64,000 nt of DNA from Candidatus Multivorans sp. (GTDB lineage: Bacteria; Acidobacteriota; Thermoanaerobaculia; Multivoradales; Multivoraceae), in contig OZ245033.1 of assembly GCA_965224025.1 (NCBI GenBank), forward strand, positions 1,280,001 through 1,344,000, in the 5' to 3' direction. Positions within the stretch are counted from its first letter, which is position 1. Each line of letters starts with the position of its first letter. The notes below the pieces were generated by a model. That model had not been told where the DNA came from and did no database searches. It worked only from the letters and a program-made list of their open reading frames with translations. Shown piece by piece: positions 14,765 to 24,808 of the stretch. The position numbers and the translations under genes are program-made.

Positions 14765-15256
14765 TCAGTTCCGGCTCTTCTCGACGTACCGCATGCGGAG
14801 CTGAGCGAGGAGGTCCTCGACCACCGCACTCTCCTCCGTGCTGACGTTCCCTCGCGTCTTCTCCTGCAGCACGGCCAGCAGGTCGATCCGCAGACGCGCC
14901 CGGGGAAGATCCTGCGCGCTCTGGCCATCCGGAAGCTGCGCGTCGCCCAGCAGGAAGGCGATCGGCTCGGCGAGCATCGCGACCAGGTCCATGAAGCCGG
15001 CCGCCGGGCGCCCGGCCGCGGCCGGCGACGATTCGTACCCGTCGACCGAGGGATCGGCGGCCGCGCCGCGGCCCGGCGAGGGCCCGGCGACGCGCGGCCC
15101 CGGCGCTGCGACGGCCGGCGTGTCCGGCGCGCTCCCGCCGCCCGGATCCGGCGCGGGCGCGGCGGGCCCTGCGGTCGCCTTGTGCTGCTCGAGGAACCGG
15201 TACTCTTCGCGCAGTTCGCCGTCGTCCGTGAACATCCTTTTGTCGGTGACCTTCAC
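14765..15256 (-). CDS. DUF1844-family protein
   Basis: KVTDKRMFT N-terminus, IDLLAVLQEKTRGN..EE..L.QLRMRYV C-terminus; GGAGG before the GTG at 15256. Confidence 0.85.
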   Translation of the reverse strand: MKVTDKRMFTDDGELREEYRFLEQHKATAGPAAPAPDPGGGSAPDTPAVAAPGPRVAGPSPGRGAAADPSVDGYESSPAAAGRPAAGFMDLVAMLAEPIAFLLGDAQLPDGQSAQDLPRARLRIDLLAVLQEKTRGNVSTEESAVVEDLLAQLRMRYVEKSRN

Positions 15257-15277
15257 ATCCGACCTCCCCGCCCAAGA

Positions 15278-16084
15278 ATGAACGATACCAGTTCGCTGGC
15301 CCCGATCGCGGCGCTGATCGACCGGCTTCGCGTCGACTGCCCCTGGGACCGGGAGCTGTCCCTCAAGGACCTGCGCGCCTACCTGATCGAGGAGGCGCAC
15401 GAACTGGCCGCCGCGATCGACGAGCGTGACACCGCGGCGATCAACGAAGAGCTGGGCGACCTGCTGTTCGAGGCGGTCTACGTCGCTCGGCTCGCCAGCG
15501 CCGAGTTGTCGGACGTTCCCGTCGGCGAGGCCATCCGGACGGTGATCGAGAAGATGGTTGCCCGTCACCCGCACGTCTTCGGCAACGAGGAGGATCGGGG
15601 TCAGGCCGCGTCCGCGGCCGAGGTCGCGGCGCTCTGGGAGCAACGCAAGCAACGCTCTGCCGGGCGTTCCGTGCTGGACGGCGTACCCAGCTCCCTGCCG
15701 GCTCTGGTCGGGGCCTACCGGCTCGGGCAGAAGGCGGCCGGCATCGGCTTCGACTGGGACGCGCCCGCGGCCGTGCGCGCCAAGGTGTCCGAGGAGCTTG
15801 CGGAACTCGACCGGGAAACGGCAATCAGCACGGCGGCAGACGGGCCGCAAGCGACCACGAAGGTGGAGGAAGAGCTGGGCGACGTCCTCTTCGCGGTCGC
15901 CAACCTCGCCCGCCACCTCGAGGTGGATCCCGAGCGCGCCCTGGCGGCGGCGAACCGGAAGTTCCGCCGTCGCTTCGCCGTCGTGGAGGCGGAACTCGAA
16001 GCGGGAACGGACGGCGAAACGGACAGCAGCCGGATGGAGCGGATGGGACGGCTGTGGGAGCGCGCCAAGCAGCGTGAGGAGTAG
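15278..16084 (+). CDS. mazG: Nucleoside triphosphate pyrophosphohydrolase MazG
   Basis: CPWDRE, EEAHEL, EELGDLL, RHPHVFG, GFDW, second EELGDVLF repeat. Confidence 0.95.
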   Translation: MNDTSSLAPIAALIDRLRVDCPWDRELSLKDLRAYLIEEAHELAAAIDERDTAAINEELGDLLFEAVYVARLASAELSDVPVGEAIRTVIEKMVARHPHVFGNEEDRGQAASAAEVAALWEQRKQRSAGRSVLDGVPSSLPALVGAYRLGQKAAGIGFDWDAPAAVRAKVSEELAELDRETAISTAADGPQATTKVEEELGDVLFAVANLARHLEVDPERALAAANRKFRRRFAVVEAELEAGTDGETDSSRMERMGRLWERAKQREE

Positions 16085-16122
16085 CGGCGGTTACTGCGGT
16101 CGCCGCTTCGCGGCGTTGTTTC

Positions 16123-16171
16123 CCGCGGGTCAGAAGACCCGCGGCTACTGGGTCAGAAGACCCGCGGCTAC
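16123..16171 (-). repeat. GTAG-type REP-like palindromes (one complete, one partial)
   Basis: Minus strand GTAG-CCGCGGGTC-TTCT-GACCCGCGG at 16123-16148 and a tandem partial copy at 16150-16171. Confidence 0.7.
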
Positions 16172-17352
16172 TGGATCAGATCGATCGCGCCTTCGAGAAC
16201 GGGATCCGACCCGTCCTCCGGCTCGGCGAAGAAGAGGGCGCCGAGTCGGTGGGCCTGCTCAACGCGGATCCTGCTGTTGAGCCGCTCGCCGTCCGGACCG
16301 GTGTAGAAGGCCGAGGTCAACTCCAGCACGCCACCGTCGTTCGGCAGTTCGATCTGCTCCACCTCTCCCGCGTAGCCGAAGGTCGGTTCACCGTACAGCT
16401 CGGCGTCTTTCGCCTTTTGCAGCACGGCGGTGAGGACTTCGGCGGCGCCTTGAGAACTCCGGTCGACCAGCACCGCGATGTCGCCCGCGAACAAGCCGCC
16501 GGCGCCGTCGAAGCTCCGGAGCTCGCGGTCCTCGCGGTCCAGCAGGCCGCCCAGGTCGCCCTGCGCGAACCGGCCTGCAACGGCGTACGCATCCGCCACC
16601 GACCCTCCGGCAACACCGCGCAGATCGATCAGCAGCGAGGCGCCCTCGTACCCGGCCAGCGCGGCATCGACCTGGGCTTCCGTGTCGGCGCCGAAGCTCG
16701 GGATCGTCAGCACGCCGACGCCGCGAACCTCCTTGAACTCCGGCGGCGGAAGGTCGTACTCCGCAACGACGAGGCTCGTATCGATGCTCTCGCCGCGCCG
16801 CACCAGTTCGAGCCGCAACTCGGAACCGGCGGGCGCCGCGAGCTGCCGGCGCAGGTCCCAAAGCGGCATCTCACGAGACGAACGGCCATTGATGCCGGCA
16901 ACGATGTCGCCTAGTTGGAACCCTTCCAGGTCCGCCGGACTGCCGCGGTCCACCGCGGCGACGTAGGCCGTCCCGCGCTCCTTCAGCACCAGGAGACCGC
17001 TGTGACGGCGTCCGATCTCCCGCGCGGCCCGGTAGGACTCCACCTCGCTCGCCGGCACATAGACCGAGAACGGATCCAGGGCGTCGGTCACCCCGTCAAG
17101 CGCGCCCGCCATCAGGCCGCGACCGTCGACTTCCTCGACGTACGAGCCGCGGATCAGCCGCAGGACCTCCTCCCACAGCGTGATGTACTTGTAGATCGAG
17201 TCGGTACCCGGCTCGTCGTCGCTGGCGCCCAGCCACGCGCCGCTTGCAAGGCCCAGGACGAGGAGCAGCGAGACACCGACGAACAGCAGCCTGCCGCCAA
17301 AGGTACCCGCTCGGCGGTCCACCGGCGGATGCTCCTGCCCGTCTGCGATCAT
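16168..17352 (-). CDS. S41 (C-terminal processing) peptidase-family protein with PDZ domain
   Basis: LDPFSVY, GSPA PDZ, LLIDLRG, VLVDRSSQGAAE, GEPTFG; catalytic-Ser region appears degenerate. Confidence 0.85.
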   Translation of the reverse strand: MIADGQEHPPVDRRAGTFGGRLLFVGVSLLLVLGLASGAWLGASDDEPGTDSIYKYITLWEEVLRLIRGSYVEEVDGRGLMAGALDGVTDALDPFSVYVPASEVESYRAAREIGRRHSGLLVLKERGTAYVAAVDRGSPADLEGFQLGDIVAGINGRSSREMPLWDLRRQLAAPAGSELRLELVRRGESIDTSLVVAEYDLPPPEFKEVRGVGVLTIPSFGADTEAQVDAALAGYEGASLLIDLRGVAGGSVADAYAVAGRFAQGDLGGLLDREDRELRSFDGAGGLFAGDIAVLVDRSSQGAAEVLTAVLQKAKDAELYGEPTFGYAGEVEQIELPNDGGVLELTSAFYTGPDGERLNSRIRVEQAHRLGALFFAEPEDGSDPVLEGAIDLIQ

Positions 17353-17359
17353 CCGTCCG

Positions 17360-17698
17360 TCAGGAGAGCGACGCGACCGCCTCGTCCTCGTCCTTCATGA
17401 TGTCGAGCACCGTGACCAACTGGGTGATCTGCAGCACGCCGAGCACCCGGCGCGGCAGAGAGAACAGACCCAGCTTGCCGCCGCGGTTGGTCACCGTGGT
17501 GTAGGCGGCGATCAACTCGCCGACGCCGGAAGAGTCGATCGTCCGCACCCGGCCCATGTTGAGCAGAATGTTCACAGCGCCGGCGCCGACCGCTTCGTGA
17601 ACGGCCTCCCTCAGAGCAACGTCTCCCTCGCCTATGGTGATCTTGCCCTGGAGATCGAGAATCGTCGCTCCATCCCGTTGGCGCTTGTCAATCTTCAT
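17360..17698 (-). CDS. STAS-domain anti-sigma factor antagonist
   Basis: ILDLQGKITIGEG, IDSSGVGEL phosphoacceptor motif. Confidence 0.93.
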   Translation of the reverse strand: MKIDKRQRDGATILDLQGKITIGEGDVALREAVHEAVGAGAVNILLNMGRVRTIDSSGVGELIAAYTTVTNRGGKLGLFSLPRRVLGVLQITQLVTVLDIMKDEDEAVASLS

Positions 17699-18162
17699 TC
17701 CGCTCCTCCCTGGTCTCCTGCGGCGCCGGCGCACGGAGCGCCGAACTTCTTGTGAAGCCGGACCTTCGTGCCGCCTCCGGCACCAAAATCGTACTCGATC
17801 TTATCCATGAACTTCCTCATATAAAAGATCCCCCGGCCTTCGGTCTTCAGCAGGTTGTCCGGGGCCAGCGGATCCTCCACCGCGGCCGGGTCGAACCCGC
17901 TGCCCTCATCCTCCACCGTAATCATGATCTCGTCCGCGCCCACCTCCAAGGCGACCTCGACCTTCTTTTCGGCGTCCAGCGCGTTGCCATGCTTGATCGC
18001 GTTGGTCAGAGCCTCCCGCAGCGCGATGCCCATCCAGTAGCTGCTCTCCTCGTCGACCTCCAGCGGTTCGAGCGCTTCGTCCAGAACCGCCCGCACCAGT
18101 TCGATGTTCTCGTACCGGCTGCCTATCCTGAGCCGGATGGTCTGCCGAACAGGTGCGGACAC
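17695..18162 (-). CDS. Anti-sigma factor / RsbW-like HATPase kinase
   Basis: REALTNAIKHGN, VEDEGSGFD, GRGIFYM. Confidence 0.93.
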   Translation of the reverse strand: MSAPVRQTIRLRIGSRYENIELVRAVLDEALEPLEVDEESSYWMGIALREALTNAIKHGNALDAEKKVEVALEVGADEIMITVEDEGSGFDPAAVEDPLAPDNLLKTEGRGIFYMRKFMDKIEYDFGAGGGTKVRLHKKFGAPCAGAAGDQGGAE

Positions 18163-18177
18163 AGTCGCCGGCCCCGT

Positions 18178-18666
18178 TCAGCTCCGGGCTCGCGTCGCGC
18201 CGCGTTGATGCTGATACTTGCTCCCCGCGCCCGGTTCGCCGTAGGCCACCTCAGGTTCCGACTCCATCGCGATGAAGATCAACTGGGCGATCCGGCGACC
18301 GGCATCGAGCACGAACGGCACCGGCCCCAGGTTCTGCAACTCGAGCGTGATGTTGCCTTCAAAGCCCGGGTCGCACCAGCCGGCCAGGGAGTGGTTGATC
18401 CACAGCCGGCCCAGGGTCGACTTGAGCTTCAGGTCGCAGGCCACCGACCGGGGGATGCGCACGAACTCGAGAGTCGTGGCGAGCAGGACCTCGTTCGGAA
18501 ACAGCTTCACGTTGTCGCCCCGGAACTCCTCCGGGTCGCGGGTCGGACAGATCCAGTGGGCGCCCACCCGGACGTCGTAGCTCGCCGCGTTCACCTGGCC
18601 AGGTTCGAACGGCGTCACGCCGCCGCCCTCGCCCCAGGCGCGAATCCAGTGGTCCGGCTTGATCAC
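18178..18666 (-). CDS. dcd: dCTP deaminase
   Basis: VNAASYDVR, KSTLGRL, AGWCDPGFEGNITLE, KYQHQRG. Confidence 0.9.
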   Translation of the reverse strand: MIKPDHWIRAWGEGGGVTPFEPGQVNAASYDVRVGAHWICPTRDPEEFRGDNVKLFPNEVLLATTLEFVRIPRSVACDLKLKSTLGRLWINHSLAGWCDPGFEGNITLELQNLGPVPFVLDAGRRIAQLIFIAMESEPEVAYGEPGAGSKYQHQRGATRARS

Positions 18667-18715
18667 GCCGGCGCCTCCGCTCGGTCCCGCACCTGTTCCC
18701 GCACCGGCCGTCTCC

Positions 18716-19690
18716 TCAGTAGAAGACGACGGGGCCGCCGTCGTCGCCGCGGCGAATCGTCTCGACGAACCGGATCACGCCGTCGGCAAGCGACATGACC
18801 AGCGTCGACGTGCGGTACCCGTCGCCCTCGAACCGGACGCCGCGGAGCAGGTCGCCGCCGGTGACGCCGGTGCAGCAGAACACGATGTCGTCGCCCGGCG
18901 CCAGCTCGTCGGTGGTGTAGATCCGGTCCCGGTCCTCGATCCCGACCTCCTCGAGCCGGCGTTCCTGCTCTTCGGAGAGGGCGGACAGCCGGCCCTGGAT
19001 CTCGCCGCCCAGGCAGCGCATCGCCGCCGCCGTGATCACCCCCTCAGGCGCGCCGCCGGTGCCGATCACCGCGTGGACTCCGGTGCCGCGCACGGCCGCG
19101 GCGATCGCCGTCGAGAGGTCGCCGTCGCCGATCAGCTTGATCCGGGCGCCGGCGCCGCGGATGTCCTCGATCAGACCGCGGTGGCGCTCCCGGTCGAGCA
19201 CCACGACCGTCAGGGCGCTCGCCGCGCAGTTGAAGGCGCCGGCGATGGCGTTCAGGTTGTCCTCCACCGGCGCATCCAGGTCGACCTTGCCGCGGGCGGT
19301 CGGACCGACCACGATCTTGTCCATGTAGATGTCGGGGGCGTGCAGCAGCCCCCCGCGCTCGGACGCGGCGAGCACCGCCATCGCGTCCGCGGCGCCGGTG
19401 GCGCAGAGGTTCGTTCCCTCCAGCGGATCGACGGCGAAGTCCACCGGCAGATCGCCGGGAGCGCCGCGGCCGACCCGCTCGCCGACGTAGAGCATCGGCG
19501 CCTTGTCCCGCTCCCCCTCGCCGATCACGACGCGGCCGTCGATCGCCATCACAGCCAGCGACTCGCGCATCGCCTCCACCGAAACGTGGTCCGAGTGGCG
19601 ACGGTCGCCGTAACCCATGGTCTGCGCCGCGGCCACCGCGGCCGCCTCGGTGACGGCGACGAAGTCGTGCTCGCGCAGGCCGCCGGCCAT
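18716..19690 (-). CDS. glpX: Fructose-1,6-bisphosphatase class II
   Basis: [33 protein letters not shown]. Confidence 0.97.
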   Translation of the reverse strand: MAGGLREHDFVAVTEAAAVAAAQTMGYGDRRHSDHVSVEAMRESLAVMAIDGRVVIGEGERDKAPMLYVGERVGRGAPGDLPVDFAVDPLEGTNLCATGAADAMAVLAASERGGLLHAPDIYMDKIVVGPTARGKVDLDAPVEDNLNAIAGAFNCAASALTVVVLDRERHRGLIEDIRGAGARIKLIGDGDLSTAIAAAVRGTGVHAVIGTGGAPEGVITAAAMRCLGGEIQGRLSALSEEQERRLEEVGIEDRDRIYTTDELAPGDDIVFCCTGVTGGDLLRGVRFEGDGYRTSTLVMSLADGVIRFVETIRRGDDGGPVVFY

Positions 19691-20934
19691 CAGTTTCCCC
19701 CCGACGCCACCGCGGCCAGTTCGGGGCGGGCCTCGGCCTCCCGCGCCTGCGTCCGCGTCATCGGCGGGTTGAAGGAGGGGATACCGGTCACCGCGGCGCC
19801 GATCACCAAGCCGTGGATGTCGTGCGTGCCCTCATAGGTGTAGACCGACTCGATGTTCAACATGTGGCGGACCACCGGATACTCGTCGGAGATGCCGTTC
19901 GCGCCCAGGATCTCGCGCGCCAGCTTGGCGCATTCGCGCGCCACCCAGACGTTGTTCCGCTTGCACATCGAGACGTGCTGGGGCGCCATCGTCCCGGCCG
20001 TCTTGAGCCCGGCCAACTGGTAGGCGAGGAACTGGCCCTTGGTGATCTCGGTGATCATCCACGCCAGCTTCTCCTGGACCAGTTGGTGACTGGCAATCGG
20101 CTGGCCGGCGAACTGCACCCTCTGGCGGGCGTACTCGAGCGCCGTGTGGTAGCACTCCATCGCCGATCCGAGCCCGCCCCAGCAGATGCCGTAGCGGGCC
20201 TGGTTCAGTGTCTGGAGCGCGCTGCCGACGCCGCGGGCGCCGGCCAGGATGTTGCCTTTCGGAATCCGGCAGTTCTGGAACGAGAGTTCGCCCGTGACCG
20301 ACGCCCGCAACGAGAACTTGCCGTGCTGCTCCGCGCTCACGAAGCCCTCGGCGCCCTTCTCGACCAGGAACCCTCTGATCCCCTCGTCCGTGCGCGCCCA
20401 CACGACGGCGACATCGGCGACGCTGCCGTTGGTGATCCACTGCTTGGCGCCGTTCAGCACCCAGCAGTCCCCGTCGCGGCGCGCCCGCGTGCGCATCGCC
20501 GACGGGTTGGAGCCGAAGTCCGGCTCGGTGAGGCCGAAGCAGCCGATCATCCGGCCGCTGGCCAGACCCGGGATGAAGCGGTCCTTCTGCTCCTTCGAGC
20601 CGAAGGTCAGGATCGGATACATGACCAGGGAACTCTGCACCGAGACCATGCTGCGGATGCCGGAATCGCCGCGCTCCAGCTCCTGCATCACGAGCCCGTA
20701 GGCAACATCCCCCAGGCCGGGAAGTCCGTACTCCGTGAAGTTCGCTCCGAACAGGTTCAGATCGCCGATCTCGGGCGCGAGCTCCATCGGCGCGCTCGCC
20801 TCACGGTGGCAACGTTCGATAATAGGCTTCACGCGCTCGTCGACGAACTGACGAACGGTACTTCTGATCAATCGTTCCTCGCCGCTGAGCAGCGAGTCGA
20901 AGTTCATGAAGTCAACGCCGGGGAATCGCTCCAA
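19690..20934 (-). CDS. Acyl-CoA dehydrogenase (glutaryl-CoA dehydrogenase type)
   Basis: [43 protein letters not shown]. Confidence 0.92.
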   Translation of the reverse strand: MERFPGVDFMNFDSLLSGEERLIRSTVRQFVDERVKPIIERCHREASAPMELAPEIGDLNLFGANFTEYGLPGLGDVAYGLVMQELERGDSGIRSMVSVQSSLVMYPILTFGSKEQKDRFIPGLASGRMIGCFGLTEPDFGSNPSAMRTRARRDGDCWVLNGAKQWITNGSVADVAVVWARTDEGIRGFLVEKGAEGFVSAEQHGKFSLRASVTGELSFQNCRIPKGNILAGARGVGSALQTLNQARYGICWGGLGSAMECYHTALEYARQRVQFAGQPIASHQLVQEKLAWMITEITKGQFLAYQLAGLKTAGTMAPQHVSMCKRNNVWVARECAKLAREILGANGISDEYPVVRHMLNIESVYTYEGTHDIHGLVIGAAVTGIPSFNPPMTRTQAREAEARPELAAVASGGN

Positions 20935-20980
20935 AGCACCCTCCTGGATGGTCTGCGACAGCGCCGAACCCTAGCAGCCC

Positions 20981-21817
20981 GTGACCCTGATCCGATTCTT
21001 CCTGCCCCTGCTTGCCGGCGCCGCCTGCGCCTGGTGGATCGACCGGTCGACCGCGGCGAGCGGACTGTTGCCACCAGGTTTCGCGGCCGCCACGCCCGGA
21101 GGCCTTGGCCGGCGTGTCGCCGCCATGGCGCTGCTGGGCCTGGTGCTCTGGGTCGGCGTGTTCGCGGCCGTCGGCCAGATCGGCCTGCCGTCGCGCGTCG
21201 ACGAGATCGACTTCGAGAACCTGTCATCCCTGAACCTGTTCCTGATGCACGCCGTGCTGGTCACAACACTGGCCCTATGGTTGATGCTCGGCTACTGGCG
21301 GTGCGGGCACCGCGCCGGCTCCGTGATCTGGAGCCAGCTCGGTCTTCGAACCCGCGCCGGCCAGAGCCTGCCGCGGGAAGTCGGCGTCGGGATCGGAGCA
21401 GGCATCGTTCTCTGGGCCGCGGTCCTCGCCGTTGTGGTGGTCGCGGCCCTCGCGGTCGGCCTCGCGGGAGGCTTCGAGAACCTGCCCAGCGAGGCGCCGA
21501 AGATGGTGCTCTGGATGGGAAGCCTCCCTATCCTCCTGCGGATCATGCTCAGTCTCTCCGCCGGCGTCGTCGAGGAACTCTTCTTCCGCGGCTTTCTGAT
21601 GCCCCGGGTCGGCTTCGGGCTGTCCAACGTGCTGTTCGTGCTCGCGCACCTGAGCTACGACCAGCCCTTTCTCCTCCTTGGCGTCGCCCTGCTCTCGGTG
21701 GCGTTCAGCCTGCTCGTGCGCTGGCGAGGGAACATCTGGCCCGCCATCGTCGCGCACGCCCTCTTCGACGCGATTCAACTGCTGATCATAGTGCCGTCTG
21801 CAGCCGACGCGCTATAG
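20981..21817 (+). CDS. CPBP (Abi/CAAX) intramembrane metalloprotease
   Basis: EELFFRG, FVLAH, IVAHALFD motifs; multiple TM segments. Confidence 0.92.
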   Translation: MTLIRFFLPLLAGAACAWWIDRSTAASGLLPPGFAAATPGGLGRRVAAMALLGLVLWVGVFAAVGQIGLPSRVDEIDFENLSSLNLFLMHAVLVTTLALWLMLGYWRCGHRAGSVIWSQLGLRTRAGQSLPREVGVGIGAGIVLWAAVLAVVVVAALAVGLAGGFENLPSEAPKMVLWMGSLPILLRIMLSLSAGVVEELFFRGFLMPRVGFGLSNVLFVLAHLSYDQPFLLLGVALLSVAFSLLVRWRGNIWPAIVAHALFDAIQLLIIVPSAADAL

Positions 21818-21949
21818 CCTCTGTTTCGTCTCCGACGACCTCTCGTCAACGGGAGCCGGCTGGCGAGCGGCCCCTGGACTCCTGAACGCCGTGAGACGCA
21901 TCGCTCCCGTAGACGCTGATCTCCGGATCGGCGACTGCCCCCGCTGGCA

Positions 21950-22137
21950 GACCAAGACGGCAGACCGTTTCCCGCACCGTCTTGGAAGACCGGCAGACCG
22001 GTTTCCCACAGCTACCGCAGCCGCGGCGGCTACTGACTCAAGGAGACCGACGAGAGCAAACTCGCCTGCACTCGAACACGGCCGAGGTGGCTCACTTTCC
22101 GATCGCTGATCGGCTCACTTTCCGAGCGTTGCCAACA
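21950..22137 (+). mobile_element. Isolated IS21-family-like terminus
   Basis: Tandem GGCTCACTTTCCGA repeats ending in ...CAACA at 22137; no transposase present. Confidence 0.55.
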
Positions 22138-22449
22138 GATAGGTCCGATGCTCCGGATACGGCCTGCTCGTCCGCGGCGCCCGGTAGATCGCCTGAACGC
22201 CCATCAGACGCATCAGCCGCCGCACCCGGTGACGACCGACACGAATGCCCTCGCGCCCAAGTGGTGGACCATCTGCCGAGAGCCGTGGCGCGCCGCGATC
22301 GCTGAGATCGGCTTCTCCTCGCGCAGAGCCTCCAGCGCCACCTTCGACTTGAAGGCCGCCGTGAACTTCCGACGCTTCCTCATTCTCATGTCCTCCTCTG
22401 GTCGAGGAGTACACCTTAGCCACCTGTCCAGTCTTCCGGGACCACCTCA
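22138..22449 (-). mobile_element. IS3-family remnant (left IR, orfA start, orfB fragment)
   Basis: TG..GTGGTCC..CTGGACA end; MRKRRKFTAAFKSKVALEAL joined to RHRVRRLMRLMGVQAIYRAPRTS..HRTYL; cut by the IS21-like end. Confidence 0.8.
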
Positions 22450-22458
22450 GTCGGAAGG

Positions 22459-22947
22459 CTACAGGCTGCACCGGTAGCTTGCGCTTTGCCCCTGGGTCTC
22501 GGACACCGTGACCGCCACGACCTCTACCCGGTCTCGAAGGTGCGTCCACTGATTTCGGAGACGCAACCAGAGCAGCCGCGCGAGCGCCTCGACCGTGACA
22601 TTGGCCACGGGCAACAGGACGACCTCGGACGACGGGAACTCGTAGCGCCGCGATGCGAACACCACCGTCACCGCTTCGCCGTCCCCGGCGAGTTCGAGCT
22701 GAGGACAGTCCGCCGGCAGCAGGACTTTCTCGTCCAGGACGGCGCACTGGGCGCGAATCTCCCGTTTCGCCGTGGCGGCGGGAACCAGGAAGTCCAGGTC
22801 GTCGAGTTCGGATCCGCTCAACTCCACCGTGATCCGGTAGTTGTGACCGTGCAGCGGCTCCGCTTCGCCGTCGCCGAAGACGGTGAAATGCGCGGCGGAG
22901 AACTTGAAGTCCTCCTTGCCGAGGCGGAGCGAGAACGTGCCGGTCAC
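22459..22947 (-). CDS. 6-pyruvoyl-tetrahydropterin synthase / QueD family
   Basis: FKFSAAHF, LHGHNY, LDEKVLLP, NVTVE, VSET; near folE. Confidence 0.85.
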   Translation of the reverse strand: MTGTFSLRLGKEDFKFSAAHFTVFGDGEAEPLHGHNYRITVELSGSELDDLDFLVPAATAKREIRAQCAVLDEKVLLPADCPQLELAGDGEAVTVVFASRRYEFPSSEVVLLPVANVTVEALARLLWLRLRNQWTHLRDRVEVVAVTVSETQGQSASYRCSL

Positions 22948-23025
22948 GGGCCGATCGTAACGTTCGGCTCGGGTCCGCGACCCTGCCGGCCGGGATCCTG
23001 CCGCCTGGCGGCCGCTCGTCCGGCG

Positions 23026-23634
23026 CTACCGCCAAGGGCGGCGCGACGGCTCCCTGATCCGGCGGATCATCCGGCGCCGGCGATTGGCCGGGTCGCTCGG
23101 GTCGTTGGAGAACAGCCGCATCACATCGCCGTCGCGCGCGAACCGGTAGCGGCGCGCCGGCTTCTTGCCGTTCAGTCCCTTGGCCGCGCCCTTCGGGTAC
23201 GTCCACAGTTCGATGTCCGGATCATCGATGTCGCGGTGCTCCTCCCATTCCGTCTTGTCCGGGTCGCCGAACAGGACGTAGACCATGCCGCGATCCGTTC
23301 GCCGGCCTAGCAGACCCGATTCCGAGTACCGCTTGTCGGCCTCGGCAGCCCGCAGCTCGAACTGCCGCTTCAGCGCGCCATCTCTTCGGCTCCAGAATTG
23401 CTCGACGAAGGCTGCCGCCTCCTCGTTCGAGTCGAGCAACAGGAAGAGGGTCCGCTCTTCCTCGTCGGCGAGCTGACCGACCGGCCCTACCAACCAGCGC
23501 GTATGGGTGGGCCCCAGGAAGGGGTTGATCAGGTCGTCCGGATGAAGCCGCTCGAGGCTGTCGGCAGCCACCGCCGCCGAGGTCGCGCCCAGAACCAGGG
23601 CCAGGAACAGGGCCGCCGGGCGCCGCACCGTCAA
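23026..23634 (-). CDS. GWxTD-domain protein (GRRTD variant), secreted
   Basis: Signal peptide, FVEQFWSRRD, GRRTDRGMVYVLFGDPD, ELWTY; start overlaps the folE stop. Confidence 0.8.
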   Translation of the reverse strand: MTVRRPAALFLALVLGATSAAVAADSLERLHPDDLINPFLGPTHTRWLVGPVGQLADEEERTLFLLLDSNEEAAAFVEQFWSRRDGALKRQFELRAAEADKRYSESGLLGRRTDRGMVYVLFGDPDKTEWEEHRDIDDPDIELWTYPKGAAKGLNGKKPARRYRFARDGDVMRLFSNDPSDPANRRRRMIRRIREPSRRPWR

Positions 23635-24269
23635 CGACCCTTCAGGAGATCCAGGAACTCCTCCCGGATCGGCCGTTCGTGGAAGATGCCCCGGAGCGCG
23701 GACGTGACCGTCATGGCGCCGGACTTTTTGACGCCGCGCATCTCGACACAGAGGTGACGGGCCTCGATCACGACCATCGCGCCGCGCGGTCGGAGTTCCT
23801 CTTCCAGAAAGCTGACCACCTGCTCGGTGAGCCGCTCCTGGAGCTGGGGCCGCTTGGCGTAGAACTCGAGAATGCGCGCGAACTTGGACAGCCCAAGGAT
23901 CTTGTCGCCCGGAACGTAGGCGATGTGCGCGTGGCCGTAGAAGGGCACGAGGTGGTGCGAACACATGGAGTAGAAGGGGATGTCCTTCTCCATGACCATG
24001 GCGCGGTAGTTCTCGTCGTTCGGGAAGGTCGTGATCCTCGGTTGCGATCCTTGGTCGAGACCGCGGAACATCTCCAGGTACATGCTGGCCACCCGCTCGT
24101 GGGTGGTGCGCAAATTCGGGTCGTCCAGATCGAGGCCGAGTTCGACGAGCACGGCGCGGACGCGCTCCGCGAGGCGCTCCACCCGCTCGGCGTCCGGGAT
24201 CGCCGCCGCAAGCTCCTGCTGCCTCCGCTCGCGTGCCGCATTCATCCCGACAGGCTCCAGAACACGCAC
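23631..24269 (-). CDS. folE: GTP cyclohydrolase I
   Basis: FYSMCSHHLVPFYG, GLSKFAR, RPQLQERLT, HLCVEMRGV. Confidence 0.97.
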   Translation of the reverse strand: MRVLEPVGMNAARERRQQELAAAIPDAERVERLAERVRAVLVELGLDLDDPNLRTTHERVASMYLEMFRGLDQGSQPRITTFPNDENYRAMVMEKDIPFYSMCSHHLVPFYGHAHIAYVPGDKILGLSKFARILEFYAKRPQLQERLTEQVVSFLEEELRPRGAMVVIEARHLCVEMRGVKKSGAMTVTSALRGIFHERPIREEFLDLLKGR

Positions 24270-24320
24270 TGGCGCATGCTACCGTAGGCCGCCCCAGACA
24301 ACTACGGAGCTGAGCTTCAA

Positions 24321-24548
24321 ATGAGCCGAGTCACGATCGAATACTGCGTGATGTGAAACTACCGCCCCCGAGCCGCCGGTCTGGCGGCTCAGTTGAAGGA
24401 GCGGTTCAACCTCGATTCGGAGCTGGTCGACGGCAGCGGTGGCGTCTTCGAAGTCGCCCTCGACGCCCGACCAGTGTTCTCCAAGAAGCAACTCGGCCGC
24501 TTCCCCGACAACGGCGAGGTCGAGACCGCGGTCGCGGACCTGCTGTAG
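24321..24548 (+). CDS. SelW/Rdx-family selenoprotein (CxxU), 75 aa
   Basis: MSRVTIEYCVM-U(TGA 24354-24356)-NYRPRAAGLAAQL..GSGGVFEV..VFSKKQLGRFPDNGEV; frame continues after the TGA with family motifs. Confidence 0.9.
24357..24395 (+). promoter_or_regulatory. Bacterial SECIS element
   Basis: GAGCCGCC-GGTCT-GGCGGCTC hairpin (24370-24390) 13 nt after the in-frame TGA, with lower AACT/AGTT pairing. Confidence 0.8.
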
Positions 24549-24808
24549 GTCCCCAGGTTCCTCGGCGCGCCGGGAGGCCTCTTTTGCCCGACGCCGTCCA
24601 GCCCGCCCCGGGCTCTGGGGGGAGGGGTCCCACAGGTGGCTCGGAGCGAGCGACGCCCGACGACATCGCGGCAAGCAACGCCTGACCGAAGCGAGTGAAG
24701 TGAAGTGAGCGGTCATGAGGTACTTTGGCGGGAAGTGAGCCCGCCGCGGCTCCCGCGGGGCCTGCAAGAATCAGGGGACCGAGCCACGGAACTTGGAGGG
24801 AACACGCC

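Noticed and set aside
24549-24800. Possible structured repeat or att site at the island border
   Set aside because: No matching repeat found near 35650-35770 and no tRNA; not supportable.
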